Assembly: GCA_964247055.1 (NCBI GenBank)
Contig: OZ176054.1
Span: 2,728,001 to 2,792,000 of the forward strand
Direction of reading: 5' to 3'
DNA: 64,000 bases
From: Paragordius varius
Taxonomy: Eukaryota; Animalia; Nematomorpha
The position numbers and the translations under genes are program-made. The notes below the pieces were generated by a model. That model was given only the letters and a program-made list of their open reading frames with translations, made no database searches and had not been told where the DNA came from. This document shows, piece after piece, positions 57,079-64,000 of the stretch (positions within the stretch are counted from its first letter, which is position 1; every line of letters starts with the position of its first letter).

Positions 57079-57197
57079 GTTACGACCATATCACGTTGAA
57101 AGCACCGGTTCCCTTCCGAACACCGAAGTTAAGCAACGTTGAGCCTGGTTAGTACTTGGATGGGTGACCGCCTGGGAATCCCAGGTGTCGTAACTTT
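57079..57197 (+). rRNA. 5S rRNA gene (single dispersed copy, possibly a pseudogene)
   Basis: GTTACGACCATATCACGTTGAAAGCACCGG...GAAGTTAAGC...GGTTAGTACTTGGATGGGTGACCGCCTGGGAA...GTGTCGTAAC; the ends pair (GTTACGAC/GTCGTAAC); internal A- and C-box-like elements are present. Confidence 0.92.
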
Positions 57198-57767
57198 TTT
57201 TAATTTGCTTTTTTTTTAAATTTCAAATATAATTATTTTTAATAATATATTATACCTGAATATTTGCTAATACAACTAGTGAGACAATATATAATATTTT
57301 TACAAATTTTGAATAAGATCTTGGGCCATCACAAAATCATTAGAATCTTTTGGTTTTTTTTAATTATCAAATATAATTATTTTTAATAATATATTATACC
57401 TATAAAATATTTGCTAATCAATTATACGTGAGACAATATATAATACCAGGTGTCGTAGCTTTTTCTTTTGTATTTTTTTAAATTTCAAATATAATTATTT
57501 TTAATAATATATTATACCTAAATATTTGCTAATCAATTAGATAACTAGTGAGACAATATATATTATTTTTACAAATTTTGAATAAGATCTTGGGCCATCA
57601 CAAAATTATTAGAATCTTTTGGTTTTTTTTAATTTTCAAATATAATTATTTTTAATAATATATTATACCTATAAAATATTTGCTAATCAATTATACAATT
57701 AGTGAGACAACATATATTATTTTTACAAATTTTGAGTAAGATCTCCATCACAAAATCATTAGAATCA
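57181..57767 (+). repeat. Nested tandem duplication of the 5S 3' end and downstream spacer
   Basis: CCAGGTGTCGTA recurs near 57447. The block AAATATAATTATTTTTAATAATATATTATACCT..ATATTTGCTAAT..GTGAGACAA occurs four times. GAATAAGATCTTGGGCCATCACAAAAT occurs twice, plus one partial copy. Confidence 0.85.
57195..57201 (+). terminator. RNA polymerase III oligo-T terminator of the 5S gene
   Basis: T7 run immediately after the 5S 3' end. Confidence 0.8.
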
Positions 57768-58103
57768 AGAATAAAAAGAACAGATGAGAGAATCCCTAAT
57801 ATGAAGATAAATACTATCATAAATCAACTCAAATCAATAACAGCTTTTTCAGAATAAATAGACGTAGTTACTTTGGCCTCATAGAGCAGATCTAGTATAG
57901 ACTCATCTGCTAAAGAAATTCTTGATTTACATATCCCTGCCCCTCAACCAAAAGGAGAGGCCTAAAACAACTTGGACTCAAATCACAGAACAATATTTTA
58001 AATCCCTAAATCTACCTCAAAACGCAACAAAAGATAGAGATATTAACATCGTAAATTAATCGATGGAATCCCAGTATCTAGGCCAAACCAACAATACATA
58101 CAT
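57768..58103 (+). mobile_element. 5'-truncated 3' fragment of the same RTE family as 10004-13332
   Basis: Colinear with about 13015-13330 (AAAAGAAC.GA..., GATCTAGTATAGACTCA, GGCCTAAAA.AACTTGGACTCAAATCA, GGCCAAACCAA.AATACA). Confidence 0.85.
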
Positions 58104-58123
58104 TTACGAATTTTTTTAAAAAT

Positions 58124-58396
58124 CAGGGGTAGCCAACACGCGGCCTTCCGAGACTGTGTACGGCCGTCGGAATTCCATAATTGCAAAAATATCTTTATAC
58201 AATATCACAACAAAATTAATAAATTCAAAATTAAATGTCTATCCATAAGGCAACAAACTAGAAAAAATTGTCATATTGTCTTTGCACTTAACATTATGTT
58301 CAAAACTAATAAATTATATATGTAAGGCCATATATTAAAATGTGGCCAGCTTTGGGTCAAAAATGCGCTCGAACCCATTTGTGTTGAACACACCTA
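58124..58396. mobile_element. Eroded hAT-type MITE of the CAGGGG family
   Basis: CAGGGGTAGCCAACAC start and TTTGTGTTGAACACACCTA end. Confidence 0.45.
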
Positions 58397-58884
58397 TATT
58401 AAATTATATTATGGAAAAAACCATAATTTTATATATTTATGGTCGTGTGAAAAGGAATCGGAATCATAACAATAAACATCTGCCTAGGTTTCGATGATTT
58501 GGAAGTAATATGGTTTTGTCATTTTTCCAAGCACCACCCTGGGATTGGTTTCATCTTTTTGAGATCAATCTCGGTTGCATATAATAATATTTTTTAGAAA
58601 GATAAGGAAGGCATATGTATATTAATAAATACAATAAATTTAAACACAATATATCGGTATAAATAACCGATTGGAAAAATTTTGGTTTTCATATTTTAAC
58701 GCCGATGTCGAGGTATTTTGCGGGAAAATTGGTTTAAATTCTATTGTTTTTGCGCAAATGGTTTATTTCAGAAGTTTTATTTTAACACAACATAATTTAT
58801 AGGTATAATGTGAAGAAATATTTACAAACTTCTTTGAAAATTAAAAATAAATCCATTTTATTAATTTGAAAATATAATTGATCT

Positions 58885-61668
58885 TTAATCCAAATTATCC
58901 ACAACTTTGGTGTAAGTTGACATGAATTGCGTAACAAACGCTTCAAGATGGAATATAGCCTTACTTCCTTTCTGGAGTCTGTGTTCATAGAAAGCGGCCC
59001 ATTTAATCGTTTCAACATATGCCTTCTCATCACAATTATTAATAAGGTGTTTTGTTAGCTCCTATATTATCAATTAAAAATCAGTTTTAATCATAAAAAA
59101 TATTTTTAAATATAATATATTGGTTTAAAGTAAATATTGATAAATATAAAAACTCCCGAGTATCATGCACAAGGTCTGAAAATAAAAAAATAAATATCCA
59201 TTTTAACTTATTATACAACAGAATTAGTGTTTATAATGTAATTATAATTAGGTAATATTATAGTTTATAAAACCGGCAATTTTAAGCTAATTCATATCAA
59301 AATTTCGATTTTGCTCAAAACAAAATCAATAATTAAAAAGTATATAATAAATCTATGCATCAAAATTTAAGAAAACGAATGCATATCCCAAATAAAATAC
59401 CTTAAAAATAATTTCGGGTGGTATACAATGGACCAATAATTCATACAAACGATCCCGAACTTCAAGTAATCTGTTTATAATGTATTTATTAAAAGCCAAA
59501 ATCTCATACTTATTTCAATCATTAAAAAACATAAAATCAAGCTGATAATCTTTATCAAAAAAAATTATAAGCCGCAAATAATATAAATTAGATACTTTTT
59601 GGGGCTCTGTTCTTTGAGTATGGCGTTTGCAGTTTCCTCTAAATAAATTTCCCAATCCAAAGGAATGATTTGTGGATTCTCAGCATTAAAAGGATATCTA
59701 AAAGTTACAATCAAAAAATAAATAATTCTGGCAAGTTATATAAAACAATGGCTCAAAAATTACCAGAGACTAGTTAGTTTATGTTAATATAATCCAAGCA
59801 ATTTTTTAGCTGTTTTATTTCAAAAGGATTTCATTATAAAATCAAAAAAACTAATTACAAGGGTATGATCATTTAAGGGCGAAAAAGGATATAAATTTTT
59901 CGACAAAATTAATCATTACCAATTATATGAAAATTAATCAGTCTTATTCACAAAACATAAATATATACCACTTACTAATGTCAAAAAACTTACAATTGAA
60001 CTTTACATGCTTGGAGCGTTAACAAAGCCCTACGTAAATTGCCACGTGATTTTTCAATTATGGCATGAGCAAAAGATTGCGGTAATTCAAATCGTTCTTG
60101 CTGAGCAATTTTCATCAAAACTTTTTCCATCTAAATCAAATTTATGGAATATAATAATTTTTAAAAATATATCCATCCGTTATAAAATAATTATTCAAAC
60201 AATATATAAAACGTTAATATATGAAACCTTTTCTTGTTAATTATATCCAGCTTTAACAATATGAAAAATTGAATTTCGAACCTCAAACTACAATTTATTT
60301 AGTCAAAAATTTATCATTACGACGATAGTTATTCTGAAAACATATCTAAAATTAAATATGTTAAGACGACTTATTCTTTATACTAACCTCTTTGACAAGA
60401 AATTTATCCTTTTGATATAATTCTGCCAATTTATAATGTATATTCCATATTAAATGTGCATTGAACTACATTCTAAAACGCATCTATTTCAAAAAACTAT
60501 TATTATGCTAATACTACATAGTTGGTAATGTTTACTGAGCGAAAAAACTTAATCCACGATTTATGAACTTCCATAAAATTTTACGTTTTTTGCCAAAATA
60601 TATGATTTTATAGTTATATATAAACTAAAATACAATTATCGATGTTTTGACATCTTTTTAAACAAAAATTCTCCCATTTAGTCTCTAAAATTGCATTTTC
60701 ATTTTTTGCTTAGAAATTTGTAAATTTAAACATTTTTAACCTCAAAATCGGTAGGAGAAGGACACCTAATACAAAGGCATCTGCTCCTGATAGCCGGTGT
60801 TATTTTGCTGAGTGTGGAAGTACTTAGGATCATGCGACAAGAAGCCATATATTTCTCCATAGTTCTCCTTAGAGCATATTGGGCATCTTTACTACAACGG
60901 TTCACCTCCGACAATATTATGACTAATTTTAGGTTAAAATTTTTTAATTTTAGGTTAAAAACAAATTGTAGTTAATTACAGTAGAAATTTTACAGAGGCA
61001 AAAGGTTAAGACTAAAAGACATTTTTTTATTTTCTCACATAAACAATATAATTTTATTAATGTATTACAAAATACATCGCTGTTTTTTATTTCGTGACCC
61101 AAAACGATGTTATATTTTATAAAAATCTTTAAGTTTTTTCGTTTGGGTATCAATTATTACTGTATAAAATAAACTTTTAAAAGTTTTTTGTGATGTTGAA
61201 TCCAATTGTTGGGTTTGAGCCGTGGATTTTATTAATTCTTGTATAACTATGCGGTCATAAATACCAACATCACTAAAAAATAATAACATGGTACTAATAT
61301 TTCTGTCAATATAATTATTTAACAAAAAGTAATATGTCCATATTAAACCTTGGCGTGCATTCAATGTGATAGTTGCTGGATAAAATATCAATATCCAATT
61401 TTTTATTAGATGGTGTGGTAAAATTAAATTCTTCCATTTTTAATTTTTCCACACCATGCCCATAAATCTCACGCAGTAGGCAATATATTCTTGTTTTTTT
61501 ACCGCCACGTGATGGGCCATAAAAGAGCAAATGAGGAAAATCTCCTGAACCAATCTAAAATTAAAAATAATAAACACTTACCAAAGTTTTTAACTTTAAG
61601 GATTGGTTATGATGAAAGTCTAATTCACTAAATTCTTTGGGGCGGTATTTATCGAGCCACAATGCCAT
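58885..61668 (-). CDS. RFC3: Replication factor C subunit 3 (yeast Rfc5 type); exons 61668-61582, 61554-61349, 61272-61175, 60922-60741, 60130-59994, 59697-59596, 59470-59401, 59061-58885
   Basis: MALWLDKYRP, GDFPHLLFYGPS.GGKKTRI, SNYHIEC.PSDVG.YDRIVIQE, KDAQYALRRTMEKY, IRSRC, GNLRRALL, DWEIYL, RLYELLVHCIPPE, EHRLQKGSK.IFHLEAF. All intron phases are consistent. Confidence 0.95.
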
Positions 61669-61717
61669 TTGAAATTTAAATAATTTTTATGAATGAACCA
61701 AAAATATTTAAAATTTA

Positions 61718-62210
61718 ATGTTATGCGGTCCAATTCAATTTGTGTCACCCATTTCACAAGATATTGATGATATATTGTTTGTTTTCAACAATTATTTTTT
61801 TAGGAATGGTATAGGTTTGCATATATTTTTATAGGAAAAAATTTGTATGATAAAAATGGAGTCATATTAGAAAATATAAAGATACTAAATTTTACATATT
61901 ACAAAGGCAATCTTTTAGTTTTGACTCAAGGCGCTCATCTCTATATAATCAATGGTTTAGCTCAAAGAGTTATTGATTGCGATTCACAAATTATGGCCGT
62001 TAAATCGAATGAAATAGAAATATATCTCATTTCAGATAAGTAAAACTAATATATTTTTAGTAATATCAAAATTTTTAAATCAGTAGAGGATATTAAATCT
62101 AATAATTTTTGTGAAATAATACCGTGTAATGTTAAACAATCTACTTGTGGCAAAGATTATATATTAATTATGAATGAAAAGAACAACATGGAAGCCAGGG
62201 GAACTTCCAA
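61718..62210 (+). CDS. 5' part of a gene with an RCC1-like repeat signature; later exons not located
   Basis: An open frame 61804-62039 joins through a 21-nt GT-AG intron (62040-62060) to NIKIFKSVEDIK...VKQSTCGKDYILIMNEKNNMEARG, resembling RCC1 repeats (V..I.CG..H.L.L....V..WG). The start and the first short intron are ambiguous. Confidence 0.45.
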
Positions 62211-62475
62211 GTATGAATATTTTATTATACGCTACATATTTTTAATATAACCTATATTTTATTTTTATATAAAACTATTCTGTTGCCATATACTACATTA
62301 GGTAAAAAATCCAAAATTATTCTGAATCCTAACCTGTTTAATATCTAATTAACCAAAAATGTAAATTGTTATTTTATTTTGATTTTTACAAAATACCAAA
62401 CGAATAGTTTAATTGGTAGGATATCATAAAATATCTTTATTGTATTTAATTAACGAAGAAGCGTTGTTTCATTTA

Positions 62476-62705
62476 CAGTCATGTATCCTTTATTTTATCA
62501 AAAATTTATTTTTATTTTCGTTAAATGTGTTTCATATTTGGTAAAGAATGGAAAAAACAAGAGCTCTATGGTAATTGTTATACTTTTTTGATGAATATGG
62601 TATTGTTAATACCATAGAGCTCTTGTTTTTTCCATTTTTTACCAAATATTTATACCCATTTAATGAAGAAAATAAATTTTTGATAAAATAAAGGATACAT
62701 GACTG
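62476..62705. mobile_element. Tc1/mariner-type foldback MITE (230 bp)
   Basis: TA flanks, CAGT termini, 37 terminal nt perfectly inverted, and arms that pair for about 100 nt. Confidence 0.85.
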
Positions 62706-63170
62706 TAATTAAATAATAAATTAAAACTTTGGTGGCGGCTAATACAAAACCTATATTGCACACAAATGTGTGTAATTGTAGTTTCATCATATTTAGTATA
62801 TGATTAAATTTTCATTTATACGCTACGGCCGATTATTTTATCTTTATATATATATATATATATAATATCAATTTTTGGCTCGTATAATCTTTTAATATTG
62901 CATTAAATGTTAAGAGATGATTTCGACAATTTGCAGATATTTTGTATATAGAGTTTTACTATATGTATATTTAGTGATTTTCTTGGAAGATTCGCCATAG
63001 TTTTAAAAACTTTGCCCTATTTCTTATTCTTTTTTTCCGTAACTCAGTTTTGGGAACATTTTAATTGAATTATAATTTTTCTAAACTTGTAGTCAGACTA
63101 TTTTAAAATGGCAATTAATTTATAAACGGTTTTCACAACTTTTAAAACAGAATAGCTATCAATACACAAA

Positions 63171-63754
63171 TTAACACTTCGATTCAAATTGGGCATCTAA
63201 ATACCCCTGACTAATTTTAAGTTAGGATTTTTAAAAAACTACTGAAGGAAACGGTCCCAATAAATTTATGCTTCTATCCTGATAAAAATTATATAAATAT
63301 GCCAAAATATCTTGATAAAATTTTGTTTTGAAAAAAAAAAGTTTCATCTCAAACTACTTCGACCCATTTTTATTTTACAAAATTTTTGCAAAATTTCGTC
63401 TTCATTTATTTTTTAGGATAAAAATAAAGCTAATTTTAAATATAAATTACACCTAACATTGATAGAAATTGAAAAAGCGGTTTATTTTGCATTCATTTTA
63501 ACTTTACCATTTGCATGTCACGTTGACCAAATTTTTCCCTTTCGGTTTTAGCTTAAAATATGTAATATCAAATATTTTTGAATAAAGTTTTTTATATATT
63601 TAGGTTTATTAATGTTATATAAGTGCAAAATTTTGCCGTGGTTTTGATTCCATCCATATTTTTTAAAGTATTTGATTTTAAACACGCCTGGGGTATTTAA
63701 TTACCCCAATCTGAATCGAAGGACTAAAATGAGTGTGTTGTATTTAAGTGTTGA
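63171..63754 (-). mobile_element. piggyBac-like MITE, copy 4
   Basis: TTAA-CACTTCGATTCAAATTGGG at 63171; colinear with copy 2; the far end is eroded (TATTTAAGTG-TTGA). Confidence 0.8.
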
Positions 63755-64000
63755 ACTTTGCCTTTAAATATCGAAATATGGTGGCAGCTTGACAAATTTA
63801 TTTTTAAACATTCTCTTATATAAGACTACATCAAAATATACAAAGTGGCAATTGGATAATGAAATTCTACAAAAATTATATATTGGTTAGTTGATTGCGA
63901 GCTTGTAGTGGAATATCGACCATTAGCGATTTATAGGAAAACTTCATCCATTCGACTGCTACGAGCTTTTAAGGATAGTTTTAGATGGGATATTTTGGAA

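Noticed and set aside
57181-57767. Repeat array after the 5S gene as a CRISPR-like array
   Set aside because: Eukaryotic context; units are long, AT-rich and nested, the intervening sequences are themselves duplicated rather than unique spacers, and there are no cas genes.
60389-60472. Exon-like segment bounded by AG and GT inside RFC3 intron 4
   Set aside because: The phase-0 frame needed to fit RFC3 contains a stop, and the protein is complete without it.
61815-61834. Possible 20-nt intron GTTTGCATATATTTTTATAG
   Set aside because: The downstream frame is open without it (EWYRFAYIFIGKNL) if the preceding intron is 23 nt, so it is not required.

Overview
Very AT-rich animal (invertebrate) genomic DNA with spliceosomal introns; the species cannot be determined from the window. 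Spliced gene models built by hand: a secreted chitin-binding-domain protein, GCNA (SprT protease), LAMTOR2, an allatostatin-C/somatostatin-type GPCR, Siah, an MLCK-type kinase (5' end uncertain), RFC3 and a partial RCC1-like gene. The window also holds one 5S rRNA copy and many transposon relics: Gypsy, RTE LINEs, hAT, mariner, a piggyBac-like MITE and foldback MITEs. Main observations: (1) a class of ultra-short 21-27 nt GT-AG introns (LAMTOR2 has three, RFC3, GCNA and the RCC1-like gene one each) coexists with conventional introns of 65 nt or more, with none in between; (2) a full-length RTE LINE begins, as fixed by its 13-bp target-site duplication, exactly at the predicted cleavage site of a complete HDV-like ribozyme fold; (3) large low-complexity insertions sit inside conserved domains of GCNA, the GPCR and Siah. 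All exon structures and homology calls come from manual reading and recalled family motifs, not from database searches or RNA data.
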